DNA of 64,000 bases from Carcharhinus longimanus (taxonomy: Eukaryota), in assembly GCA_030264375.1 (NCBI GenBank), contig JASCQW010000132.1, positions 78,561,042 to 78,625,041 on the forward strand, in the 5' to 3' direction. The notes beneath the pieces were generated by a model. That model had not been told where the DNA came from, made no database searches, and worked only from the letters and a program-made list of their open reading frames with translations. Each line of letters begins with the position of its first letter. Position 1 is the stretch's first letter. Position numbers and translations under genes: made by a program. Positions 13,085-24,490 of the stretch are shown here, in pieces.

Positions 13085-14030
13085 CATGTCTAATATAGAC
13101 TGGGCTGCAATTTATCAAAATTATCTCACAAAGAATTCTTGAAGGTAGCAAAGAAAGAACACCTTAATTCCATCAATGGGTCAGATTGGATCCTATATCC
13201 CACAAGGTGAGAGGAGAATGTGTGCACTCGCTGCATCATTTAGCTTGAGGTTCATTCATTGAATCTTCTCACTGAGAACTTAGAACCAGTTATCTGAAAC
13301 ACTAGCTGGGAGTTCCCATGAAAATACTTCCTTTTTGCAAGTCAGATGAGGTTTCACAGAATCAGTGATTAATGAGTAGATGCAAAATCCTTGAGAACTT
13401 TCATGATTTATTGCAATGCTTGAAGAACTTAATTCAGCAGAACATGAACTATGAATTTCTAGGATAAAATCTCATGACACTGTTGTTACATGTTGAGCTA
13501 ATGAAAGGTAGGTTATGGGGCAACGTATACATTGTGGTTGCAGTAAGCATCAGATCTCAACAATGCAATTATGTTGAATTGGGAGCATCACCAGCTAAGT
13601 CACTCTGGGCAACACCCAGTAAATGATTGTACAGCACTCTATCAGAGGCCCTAGGAAGAATTTTAACACTTCCTAATCCGCAGGAAAGAGGTAGCCCCAT
13701 TTCTTGTTTCCTTCCTATAGATGGCATAAGTTTTGATTGCACATGGGGCTTACTCTAGACTTCAGGGCACCGTGATTATGTGTTTGCATATGCAGTGCCA
13801 TTTAACTGACTCCTGAGAGAGGCATTGACTCTTCCTGACAGGTAACACTGGAGCTTTACTGACTGGAGTCTGGTTGCCTCCATTAAATGCCACCCTATAT
13901 TTCCTGATTAATATTGAAAATTGTTGAAGAAAATGATGGGATAATTATGATATCTAGAGTGGGGATTTTAAATCAGTTTTACAGCACTTTTCATCATTGG
14001 ACATAAAAAAATCTACATTTTCATTTTCAG

Positions 14031-14184
14031 GAAAATATTGGAAATCTATACAACAATATGCCTCAGAAGTTAACTGGTCTCTCAAAGATGCCCAGAGCCT
14101 GGAGAGAAAAGAAACAGAAACAGTGACTGCCATGGCATCACTGTCAGTGGATACCAAACAGGAACACTCACCGAAAGAGAACAG
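14031..14184 (+). CDS. HDAC9: HDAC9 penultimate coding exon (R-KYWKSIQQYASEVNWSLKDAQSLERKETETVTAMASLSVDTKQEHSPKEN-R)
   Basis: Acceptor 'ttttcattttcag|GA', donor 'AACAG|gtcagc'; 154 nt, phase 1 to 2, in frame with both neighbouring exons. KYWKS...ETETV.A.ASLSVD is the class IIa HDAC export-signal region. Confidence 0.93.
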
Positions 14185-15244
14185 GTCAGCAACTATGTAC
14201 AGAACAGAGCAGATAAAATTCAGCTTTGATGATCAAATAAATGATGACACATGTTTCAACTTCAGCTGAAAAATTGTTTCACAAATTCAATATGATCATC
14301 TGAAATAGTGATATATGCATTTCATACAGGAGGTCATGTGGTACAGTGATAACACTTATATGTCTGGATCCGAAGCTGTGGGTTCAAATCAGATGTCATG
14401 GCTCATTGGCCACATTCATAATGTGGTTCAATGGGCTGATAATCAACTTGAGAATCTTTCCAATATTTTCCCCACCATTCCCCAAAGGGAAAGGCAGTGC
14501 ACATGTGAAGATATGCTAAAAATTCAACTTTACATCGGGCAATGAAAAAAATTACTGTGTGGTAGCCTGTGATTGATATAATTCTAGAAGCCTATTATGA
14601 CATGGGAATATCGACTTCTTTCAAGTATGGATGAAGGTCTTACACAACTTGAGAATTAGTCATTATTTAAGTTTACTTTATATCCCAAAAAACAACATGG
14701 AGGATGAGGAGAGGAAATACAAGGGAAAGACAAATGGAGGGTTTTTTCCTCTTTCCCCTTTGTCCTTTTTCATAATGTGAGCAATTTAACAACAATTTGT
14801 TTGTGTATAGTCTTTAGTGTGGAGAACATTCTAAGGGACCAGTTAGAAGAATTAAATAAATAAATAAAACAATATTGAACCATGTATTGGCAGACTAGGA
14901 AACAATATAGATCACCAAGCTTCAAGATGGTACATGCACGAAATTTAGTGAAGGACAAGATACAACTGGTAAGGTATTGGAGGAAGGAAGATAAAAGGCC
15001 AAGAATAAAGGCCTTTATTAGAACAATTGAGTATGGAGATAACAAGAGAATAGATAAGGATTTCAGCAGTGGCAAGGCTGCAGAGTTGGAAATAAGCAGT
15101 GTTAACAATGAACCCAATGTGGAATTTGAATCTCATCTCAGGCTGATTAGGATGGAGCAGGGTCAAAACAATAGCTTCCACTTTCCCAATATTTTGTTGA
15201 AAGAAACTTTAGCTCATTCATGACTTCATATCAGAAAGACAGTG

Positions 15245-15665
15245 TTACAGAGGGCTTTACTTTTGTGGATCACTGGGAGGTGTTTAGGAGAGAAGGGCAA
15301 CTGTACAGGAGGGGTGGGGAGAATTTGAACGGGAGGGGAACTAGTGTCTTAGCGGGGAGGTTAGCTGGGGTGTTCAGGAATGGTTTAAACTAATAGGGAG
15401 GGGGGGTGGGGAGGTGGCTGGGAGAGAGTCGGGTGAAAGGAAAATTATCAGGGAGAAGGAGGTTCCGAGGGACACTCGTGGGTTGAACTGNNNNNNNNNN
15501 NNNNNNNNNNNNNNNNNNNNNNNNNNNNNNNNNNNNNNNNNNNNNNNNNNNNNNNNNNNNNNNNNNNNNNNNNNNNNNNNNNNNNNNNNNTAGGGTGATG
15601 CGGCAGCGTGGGCTCGTTGGGCCGAAGGGCCTGTTTCCCGTGCTGGGTTGTTCTTTGTTCTTTGT
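15245..15665 (+). mobile_element. Young CR1 LINE spanning the 100-N gap at 15491-15590
   Basis: Left of the gap: GFTFVDHWEVFRREGQLYRRGGENLNGRG...GLN* (CR1 ORF1 esterase C-terminus). Right of the gap: CR1 3'UTR 'gggccgaagggcctgtttcccgtgctg...ttctttgttctttgt'. Confidence 0.75.
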
Positions 15666-16402
15666 ATAATGGAGGTAGCTCTGTGACCAAGATAAATAGT
15701 CAACAAATAAAGCCGTATGTAGCACACTAGAAGAAATTGATCCGTTGCCTGTGGATAATATCACCAAATAGCAGCATATAAATGAGAAAGAGGACTGGGT
15801 TAAGGGTCAAGTGGCAAAGTTGGGAAGTGGTTTTGAAAACAAAAGGATATATCTACACAAAGGAAGCTATTAACAACATTCAGTAACTTGGAAGTTTCAG
15901 TGGGACAGTCAAATATCAGGTGTGGGATGGGGAAGGGAATCAAGGGGCAGAAGGTGGGTTTCACCAAAGAAGCTATTGAGGAGTATAAGAGGTGAGAAAA
16001 AAATCTGTATACAAAGAATCCTGAAAACTAGAGTGTGTGGAACAGATCTGAAGCAGTAGGGCACAAAAGAAAAGTAGCGGCAGAGACAGCTACATGGATA
16101 GTTTGGAAACAAAGAAATCCATGAGCTGTTTGTATCCAGTATTGCAGCTGAGAGTAAAGAGATTGGTGGAAAGAGTGGAAGGAAAGAAAATGACAGAAAC
16201 CAGGAGTCAAGGAGAAAATGAGTGGTGGGTTGCCCTTGCTTTCAAAGGTAATCCTTCACTAGTTGGAGACTAAGGAAGGACAAAGTATCATATGACATGA
16301 CAATGCTGAGTCATATCTGGCAGTGAATGACTAACCATGTAATGTATCAGCTGTGGTTGAATTTATAACCATCAGATTTAAGAGCGTGCAATTGGGGACG
16401 AT

Positions 16403-17030
16403 GGGGGCGATTCTCCCAAAAGTGCTAAATTGGTGGGAAAACTCTTCTAGATCATGACTGTTTCTTCAGTGCAGCTTCAGACTTGAATCTCTGCACTTTG
16501 TGCAATGCAGGGGTCACAATTGTGAATCTCATTAAAAACCAGGAGGGGCTGAGGGGTTTGGGCCTATTCATGCCAGAGTCTGCGCATGCGCAGTGGCCCT
16601 GATCTATGAGTGTCCCCATTTGAAGCAACTCCAAATCTTTCCTAACAAATAATGGCATAAGGACTATCTTATTTATTTTGATATGGTAGGAAACAAACAA
16701 TGAAATTCTGAAGTGCATCTAGCTTCCAGGTGAGTAGAAAATGGAAGGTTTCCAAATTTTTAACCTTATTTCCCTGAATCATTTCCACGATGCTCCTGGA
16801 ATTGAAATGCCAATGTTAAACTCATCGTAAACTATATAGTACATATAATAAATATTTCCACTCTATGAGGAAAACTGAGCACACAATCAGGTGGAATTTT
16901 CCAGTTGAGCATGCCCAAGACCCGAAATTCCTGCCCAAAGTCAGCAGATGCTTAAATGATCTGCTAAATTTTTTGCCCCCGCCACCATGCTATGATTCTT
17001 GCAATGAGTGGGGCAGAAAGTTTGCCCCAT
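16403..17030. mobile_element. Cluster of MITE-like DNA transposon remnants
   Basis: Ends such as 'gggggcgattctccc' (about 16403) and 'ggtggaattttcc...gaaagtttgccc' (about 16891-17027). Confidence 0.4.
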
Positions 17031-17067
17031 AATGTTCTGTTTACTGACCCACAGTGTTCTGAGATGT

Positions 17068-18480
17068 GGGGCAGAATTTAACAGCCTTATCGCACCTGTT
17101 TTGCAGTGGAAAATTGTTGCAAAATTGGGCATGATGTAATTAGCAGGAATGGTGCTCGCTTTCACACCCATTCCCATTTTATAAAGAAAAAGATATCAGC
17201 GTGATCAGGACCCATCCTATGGGCAAAAATGTCAATTTGCATTTTTTTTTGCATTCATCACAATATAATTAGCGAGCTTCACTCCCAATCTTCCAAGCTC
17301 ACCTGCTTTAATCACCTCGTTCGCTGCAGCTGGATTGGTCAGGAAAACACCTCAAGTATAAAAGTCGCATTCAGGCGCTTGAGCAGAGAGGGTGAGCAAG
17401 TGGGTAAGTTTCTGCTTTCAAATGGCTCCATGCTGCTCAGAGGGGTATGTTTCATGGTGGCCATGATGCATTTCAGGTTGGGGGAGCCTGCGAGTGTGTG
17501 TGGGGGCCGGGGGGGGTGGTGGGTGGTGGGGTTGGTGGTGTGGGAGGCTGCTGCCATTCATGAGGTCCAATTTAGGCCTCTCAGGACAGACCTGGCTGAG
17601 GATGCTGATTCGGGTCTTAGCACTAACTCTGGGTCCCAGTGCTGGCAGCAGCAAGCACAATTGCAGGTGGGGGATGAGCTGGAAACTCTCCGAAGTGGGA
17701 GTGCTGCAGCCTCGGGATTTGTCAAGTAGCACTGTCTGTGGCCACTATTGGATAGGTCTGATTATGTGTTTGTGAGTGGGTGGGGGATTGGATGGAGCTG
17801 TGTTGCCATTTTGGGACCTGTAAGGGGGAGTATGTGGAGTGTGTGTTGCTGGATATCTGTGGGGGAGGGAGCATGTAGGGGAGTGTGTGTCGCTGGGCTG
17901 GGGATGAGCAGAGTTCCTTAACCTCACGATCCGTCTCGCCTTCCCCAGATTCCTCCCCACACACGCCCCCCCCAACTTCTTTAGATTGTCGAGATGGCTT
18001 TTGCAATGCAACCCAATGATCTTACTGTTCTTTTGGTGGCTGCTGGAGCTGAGGAGGAGGAGCAAGAGGATGAATAGCAGGTACAGGAGGCCAAGGCTTT
18101 ACCACTCGCAAGAATAGAGGGAGACGGCCACCAGAGGCTGCCATTCGCCCCGAGGGGGGTGGCAGGAGAAGAATGGAGCAGAGACCTCAGAAGTTCCGCA
18201 CGCAAATGTCCTTCGGGCAACTGTCGAACATTGTGTGCTGCCGCAGCTTTGGCTCCAAAAGGAGACAATGCAGTACTTGTGTCATTTGCTGCAGAACCTG
18301 GCACCTCTGGACAAGGGGGTGGGGGGGCACCCACTCCCGGTGGCTGCGCAAGTGATGGCTGCCTTAAACATTTACGTCATTAGGCCCTTCCAGACTGCCA
18401 GAGGAGACCTTTGACATTTCCTAACCATCCATCCAAAGTGTGTCAAGGAGGTTACGGATGCCTTGTATGCAAAATCCAGC
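17068..18480 (+). mobile_element. Decayed Harbinger/PIF transposon with HARBI1-like transposase N-terminal fragment (about 18170-18480)
   Basis: Frameshifted translation FRTQMSFGQLSNIVCCR...KETMQYLCHLLQNLAP...GHPLPVAAQVMAALNIY...FQTARGDL...KCVKEVTDALYAKS matches the Harbinger motif 'LPVAVKVTAALNFYASGSFQ...ISQ...CIREVTDAL'; TIR-like start 'ggggcagaattta'. Confidence 0.75.
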
Positions 18481-18489
18481 TCTGGGTGT

Positions 18490-19430
18490 TTGCATACCAA
18501 TGGATTTTTACAGCTTGTTACAGTTGTACACAGAGGTAGCCATCAGTAGTGGATGATATTGGGAAAGATGTTCTTCCTGTTATCCAGAGATCTCGGTGGG
18601 CATCATCTATTTTTGGTGTCCTGTTAAAGTAGAAGATTGCTCAGGTAACGACCGTGATGCAGGGCATTGAATGGGTCAGAGATGCACACATGCAGCAACA
18701 CCAAGATCACTGCACTCCTGATGACTGGGTTTTTACCTGCAATGGAGGAGGAATATCACTCTCAGGTGCCAAATTTCTCTTTCACGTTGGCTATATACTC
18801 CTCTCAGCTTCTGTTGCATGCACAGAACAATTTGCTCTTGCCTTATAGTAGACTGGTCCAACAAATTCTGGACAGCCCCATGTAGACAAAGTAGCCTTGA
18901 ATTCCCCCTGTATCATGCTAGGAGAGGGTGAAGGATGGTTCCTGTGACATCCACTTTCAAGGTTACCTTGACCTGCCACTTGCTGGTTCAAATCCCAAAC
19001 AGACTTCAATGCTGTTTCCAGCTACCTCAATGTCCCTGGTGAGGGATGTGAGAGTCTCCACAACAGGAATATAGGAGTTGTACAGATGGGTCATCACAAT
19101 GCAGTTTTGTTGCAATGGCAGATTAAACTGCAGTTCTGAAGTGAGGATTGAAAGATCCACCCTATTTGCTTTCACCTTGAAAACCTTCAGAAGTTCCTGG
19201 CATCCCACAACGTTTTTAAAGAAACATCTGAATATCTTCTGTTGTGACAACCTTACAGGTGGAAGACATCCACAAATTGAAAATCATTGCAGTCAAACAA
19301 GATCCTCTTCTTGAAGAAAGTTTGATCCATTGGCAATGCCTTCTTCTAATTTCTTGGTGGTCACCCTGACAGTGTTATTCACCTTCTGTCTTGGAGCTTG
19401 GGACATTGATTGTAGCTACTCTGGAACACT
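18490..19430 (-). mobile_element. Heavily decayed Gypsy-like pol fragments
   Basis: Reverse complement has 'PVYYKARA' (KARPVPY-like RT start) near 18850 and a 'YHP.TDG' integrase-like motif near 18555. Confidence 0.4.
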
Positions 19431-19676
19431 GAGTATGCACTTTGTTGGAGTTAAGCCTGAGCTTAAACAGTGAAACATATATATCATTGGAGCATTAGAT
19501 TGAAGGCAGCATTGAAATCCATTCAAAAATTATACAAAGCAAAGAACCCCACACTTGATCTCAGCAAAAAGGCTTCAAATTGTATCTGATATTGATTTTA
19601 AATGAATATTCATCATTGTTACTTTCAGTATATTGAAATATATTTTGACATTGATCTAAAGACAACATCAAAAGAG

Positions 19677-20020
19677 GGAGCGATGGTGTAGTGATATTGT
19701 CACTGGACTAGCAAACCAGGGACTCAGGGTAATGCTCTAAAGACCTAGGTTCAAATCCTACCATAACAGATGGTCAAATTTCAATTCAATAAAAACCTGG
19801 TTTTAAAAGTCTAATAGTGACCATGAAACTATTGTTGATCAGCCATAAAAACCCATCTGCTTCACTAATGCCCTTTAAGGAAGGAAATCTGCCATCCTTG
19901 CCTGGCCTAAATGTGACTCCAGACTTGCAGCAATGTGGTTGACTCTTAAATGTCCTTAGGGATGGGCACTAAATGCTGGCCCAGCTAGTGATGCCCACAT
20001 TCCATGAATGAATTAAAAAA
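19677..20020 (+). mobile_element. tRNA-derived SINE whose 3' tail matches the LINE at 7690-8578
   Basis: Head 'gatggtgtagtgatattgtcactggactag...ggttcaaatcc' (A/B boxes); tail 'aaatgctggcccagctagtgatgcccacattccatgaatgaattaaaaaa'. Confidence 0.85.
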
Positions 20021-20397
20021 GAACAATGATCTTCAAGGAAATAATGGCTCCAACTTATTTCTAAACTCAGTGGCCAATTAATCAGTGGATGGTCCTTTAT
20101 GCCAAAACCATTGTTGGCTTGGTAATACTTTTGAACCCTTGAGATTAGTCAGAATCCTGGAATATTTCTTCAGGAGCACTTTAACTTTCAGCTTCTGAGG
20201 TTGTCATTATATATTTGGAGACAGTCCTTGATTGTTAGCTATTGTCCTATTAATATTGCTTCAGGAAAAGATGCTTTATGTATAAGTGACTGGCTAAGAC
20301 AAATAAACATCATGGATAATTCAAATTCGACTGTGACCCCATGCAGAGATTGTAAATGTCCATGAGTACCATTCTGATTGCATATTTATTTTTCTAG

Positions 20398-20437
20398 AAC
20401 GTCTGATGAACCAATGGAAGAAGAGCCAGCTTTGTGA
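20398..20437 (+). CDS. HDAC9: HDAC9 last coding exon (R-TSDEPMEEEPAL-stop)
   Basis: Acceptor 'atttatttttctag|A' completes the AG|A Arg codon; TGA at 20435-20437. The ending PMEEEPAL fits HDAC9 (HDAC4 ends EEEPPL), and synteny with TWIST1 agrees. Confidence 0.95.
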
Positions 20438-21955
20438 AGTGCCAAGTTCATCCAGCTATTTCCTTAATATGACATCATTGTCGGTCCCCTAAGACTCTCC
20501 CAGACATGTCGTGTCTGCTGTTTGGGTAGTATAAATCAGCTGAATCTTTCAGACAAAGCAGCCTGCGAATAGTGACAATTTCTCTTGATCTTGGAACACT
20601 TAAAAAGACACATCTATAAAGTTATTTTTTCAAATAGAGGAATGTCTTACAGGTCAGAAATATTTTCACAAATTTCTTTCATTTGACTCTATCGCTGGTT
20701 GTTTTCTTTGGAGGCTGAAGTACTCGTAGATTTTTAGTGATATGCTGAAACCATTTTGTTTATTCATGAAGGATGGGTGTTCTAAAAGCATTGAAACCTT
20801 CAGAACTGGGGTCAGGCTGATACTGTCATCGTGCCTTTGGAAAAGATGGGAAAAGAATCTAACACATTCATAAAAATGCCTTACAAATACCGGTAAAAAA
20901 ATAAAAACTTTTATTTTGTGCTTCTCCAATGTCAAGAATGATTAGTGATACAATAATACCTTGAATTATTTATTTCTCTACAACATTCTTGATATCAGTA
21001 TTGATTTCATGACCAAGTTCATTGTTCGTTTTGTACTTTTTCAGCTGTAAATAGGTTTCAATCACTGGATTAAGGTCATAAGTGAGCATCCGATGTCATT
21101 CTTTGATTTGTAAATTTGAACAAAATCTTGATTTCAAACAAGCATCTATTGTACTTTTTAACATGTTTTTACTTATCGTAAATTTTAATGAAAAGAATGA
21201 GAGAAGATAAAATGGAGCCAGTTTTATTTGAGTGACAATATTTTTCCTTTTTGTCAGGCAATAATATTCCCCTTACATTTGGGTATGTTTAAGGTCAGAC
21301 CTTTTCCTTTTTCAAAAATTTTTTAAAATGTTTGTGTTACAGCAAATTAAATGTGTTGTTGCTGTTGAATGTTTAAGTTTGGACATTTCTGTTCTGAGAA
21401 ATTTGAGAAATAATTCTGATTGTTTTATTGTTTCATGTTTTATTTTATAAAACACCTGTGTGCTAACCAAGAAAAATATATAAATACATGCTAATGTATT
21501 ATCATTCAAAACTCAAGGTTAACAAAAGACAGTAAAATGATCCCCATTTGACTAAGTTTGGAAGCTGCTTCTGATGACTTTTGGGCTTCAATGCCAAGAT
21601 AGCATTGTGACATACTTGGGGTAATGAGAAAAAAACTTATCACCGAAAGTTGAATGGACTGAGATCTTAGTCATAGCTTTGCCATGTTGTTTAAAAAATT
21701 GACAGTATTACTATTTGATCATCGTCCTGGAGGACCTGGTCATGATGCCTTGTTACAATAGCTATGATCTTAGCTTCAGAATTTTTCAAGTTTTGCCAAT
21801 AAGTGACCTATTTTAATATTTGCATTTTGTAGTGTGATTAATTAATTTTTTTTATTGTGGATGAAATAATGCATACTCCCTTTCCAAAGATAGAAAGAGA
21901 CATCTGGCTTAGCAGAACTTGTACAGGTGCAAATAAGATTATAAATTAAATAAGA
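20438..21955 (+). other. HDAC9: HDAC9 3'UTR (3' end uncertain)
   Basis: AT/U-rich stretch with no recognisable repeats after the stop. Candidate polyA signals: AATAAA 20900-20905, ATTAAA 21346-21351 and 21945-21950. Confidence 0.55.
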
Positions 21956-22371
21956 CTAAAAAGGGACTAGATGAATCTTACCCTTACCCTGTTTGAGACC
22001 AACCCATAATATTGAGGTGAAGTTTTTTGTTTTCTCTGCTGGCTTAATGGAGTTTGTCAGTCTCACTCTGTTCCTAATAAGGCCCCACAGTGCAAAACTA
22101 GCCAAAACCAAATGGCAGTAATTGCGATACAACCAGAGGCTACAGGCAAATCTCATGTTAGTACAGTAAGGATTGTTTTCCTGAGGATAGGGTTAACATT
22201 CATTGATACTATAGAGATGAGGGAACTTTACATTTTATCTGACCTCAGAATGTTTATTGCTGAACTGGGTATAAAGGTGCAAACCTACAAATGCCTAATT
22301 AATCACTCCTGGAGAATGAAAATATTTGCCACAAAATGAAAGATTAAGAGAATGAGTAAGGTAAATGTTAA

Positions 22372-22507
22372 GATAAAAGCAAAATACTGTGGATGCTGGA
22401 ATCTGAAACAAAAACAGAAAATACTGGAAAATCTCAACATGTCTGACAGCATCTGTGGAGAGAGAATGGAGCCAACATTTTGAGTCTGGATGATCCTTCA
22501 TCAGAGT
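22372..22507. repeat. Single arm of the 'gcagcatctgtggagagag' repeat
   Basis: 'ataaaagcaaaatactgtggatgctggaatctgaaacaaaaacagaaaatactggaaaatctcaacatgtctgacagcatctgtggagagag'. Confidence 0.85.
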
Positions 22508-22766
22508 AAATGTCAAATTGGCCAGTAATTTCTTATAACTGGGATTTCACTTCACTGAGAATAGCAGCTGCCTAAGAAGGGGGAACATTAAATCATTATG
22601 CTGATCATATAATGATAAGGACAATCTTTTCTTTGCACAGATCCCTTCAACCAAACTAAAATGTTTATACTTAAATAACGTCTTTAATGTCATAAAAGTT
22701 TCCATGGCACTACACGAGCACATTATGAAAGAAAATATGATATTAAGCCACATGAGTAGATGTTAG

Positions 22767-23118
22767 AATAAAAGCAAAATGCTGCAGATGCTGAAGAGAT
22801 GAAATAAAATAGTGCTGGAAAAATTCAGCAGGTCTGTCAGCAGTTCTGGATAGAGAAGCAAAGTTCACATTTCAAGTCCGCTATGACTCATATTGTACTC
22901 AAACATTAGCTTTGTTTTTCTATCTACAGATGGTACTTTCGGCAGGTCTGACAACTGTGGAGAGAGAAACAAAGCTAACATTTGAGTACAATATGAGTCA
23001 TATTAAACTTGAAATGTCAATTCTGTTTCTCTCTCCACAGATGCTGACAGAACTGCTAAGTTTTTCCAGCACTTTTTTTATGTCAGCTCTCCAGCAGCTG
23101 CAACGTTTTGCTTTTATT
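22767..23118. repeat. ~350 bp nested palindrome built from the same repeat
   Basis: Left end AATAAAAGCAAAATGCTGCAGATGCTG pairs with right end CAGCAGCTGCAACGTTTTGCTTTTATT; inner ATGACTCATATTGTACTCAAA pairs perfectly with TTTGAGTACAATATGAGTCAT. Confidence 0.9.
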
Positions 23119-23129
23119 CTCATATCTAC

Positions 23130-24490
23130 TCATATGGCTCAGTTGGCTGCTTCCATACCCTCCCCCACCACCCTTCCTCAGCACGTGGTCTACCAGCCAG
23201 GATTTGATGCAGGTCCTGACTAAGCTGGATCTCATGCCTGGAACTCTGAGGGGAAGCAAGGAGGTAAGTGCTAAGGCCATTTGCCCTTCTGTCATTGCCA
23301 GGCTGCAGAGGGACAGTTCCCCACGGGAGTTGGGGTTTAGTTGGCTAGGACTGGGGGGAAGGTGTTGATCTCAGGAGTCTTCCCCATGATGGGTACCTCT
23401 TGGCTGGACTGCCCCTCTTAGTCCTATAAAAAGTGGAGATCACTCTTAGTATGGTGATCTCAAGCAGGTTTCAGTTAAAAATCTTCATTCCTGTCTGTGT
23501 ACTATGAGATGCTTGAAGTGCACAGCTCACTTTGATATCCATGCCCCATGGACAATTGGAAGTATTCAAAACCACAGCACAACTCCCTTCTGCTGAAGGG
23601 ATTGCCCTTGTTCTCAGAAGCTCCAGGTGTGAGAAGATCCCTTTGAAGTCCTCAGACTGACAGGAGACATCAGTTTCATAGAGGGACCCCCTTTTGTAGC
23701 CTGAATGAGCAGCAGGTGCAGCCTGGCAACTTTGGTCTGCTGTTATTGGTAGCTGAATAGCAGATCAGACAGTCGACTGTAGGCACAATCCAGTGAGTCT
23801 CATGGTCCTCTTCATTCCACCATATCTACTCAATCAGTCCCATTCTTTAACACTGCATTTTCTTCAGGTCTCTGTGACTTCCTGGAAAGCTCAAAAGCCA
23901 ATTTCATGTTCCATTACCTTTAACTAGTTTGATTGACAGGTTGGATCAATTACCCACTAGCCAAGAGCTCTGTTGGTTTTTCTTTCCATTCACGGTTGAA
24001 TGCAACTCAAGTGCTTTCTAAATATTTGTTTAGAAAAGAGGATCTGAAACCTCATGGCTAGGTGGGTAATTGATCCAATCTGTCAATCAAAGGCAAAATG
24101 TTTATAAACATTGTAGCTAGGAACAAAGGCAGGCATCTGAGAAGTCTGATATGCTATATTGGGGTGCAGGATGTCGGTTGGGTCACCCTCATACCTGTAC
24201 AATTTTGCAGGTAGATGATCCATTCTTTCAGTGATGGGAGGTAAGATGCCCTTTGGGGCTGAGGGATTGGGGATGTTCCCATTGTCAGCAGGGTTGCCAT
24301 ATCCATGGGGACAGGAGGAGGCCTGTCTCTCAACGCTGAGATCCGGGTGCCTTTTAAAAATCTCTGTAAAGCTGGGCTGGCTGACATGTTCTGCAGAATG
24401 CATAAATTTAAATGGTTAAGCTGGTGAATCCCATCAGACAAGCACTGCTATTGGTAGTGGGAAACACTATGGTTTTCCCACTGGCAGGAG
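23130..24490 (-). mobile_element. Probable decayed Harbinger-like DNA transposon
   Basis: GC-richer block whose reverse complement gives weak HARBI1-like peptide similarity near 24200-24350. Confidence 0.3.

Noticed and set aside
13997-14269. 90 aa ORF as a standalone gene
   Set aside because: It is the HDAC9 penultimate exon plus flanking intron read in frame.
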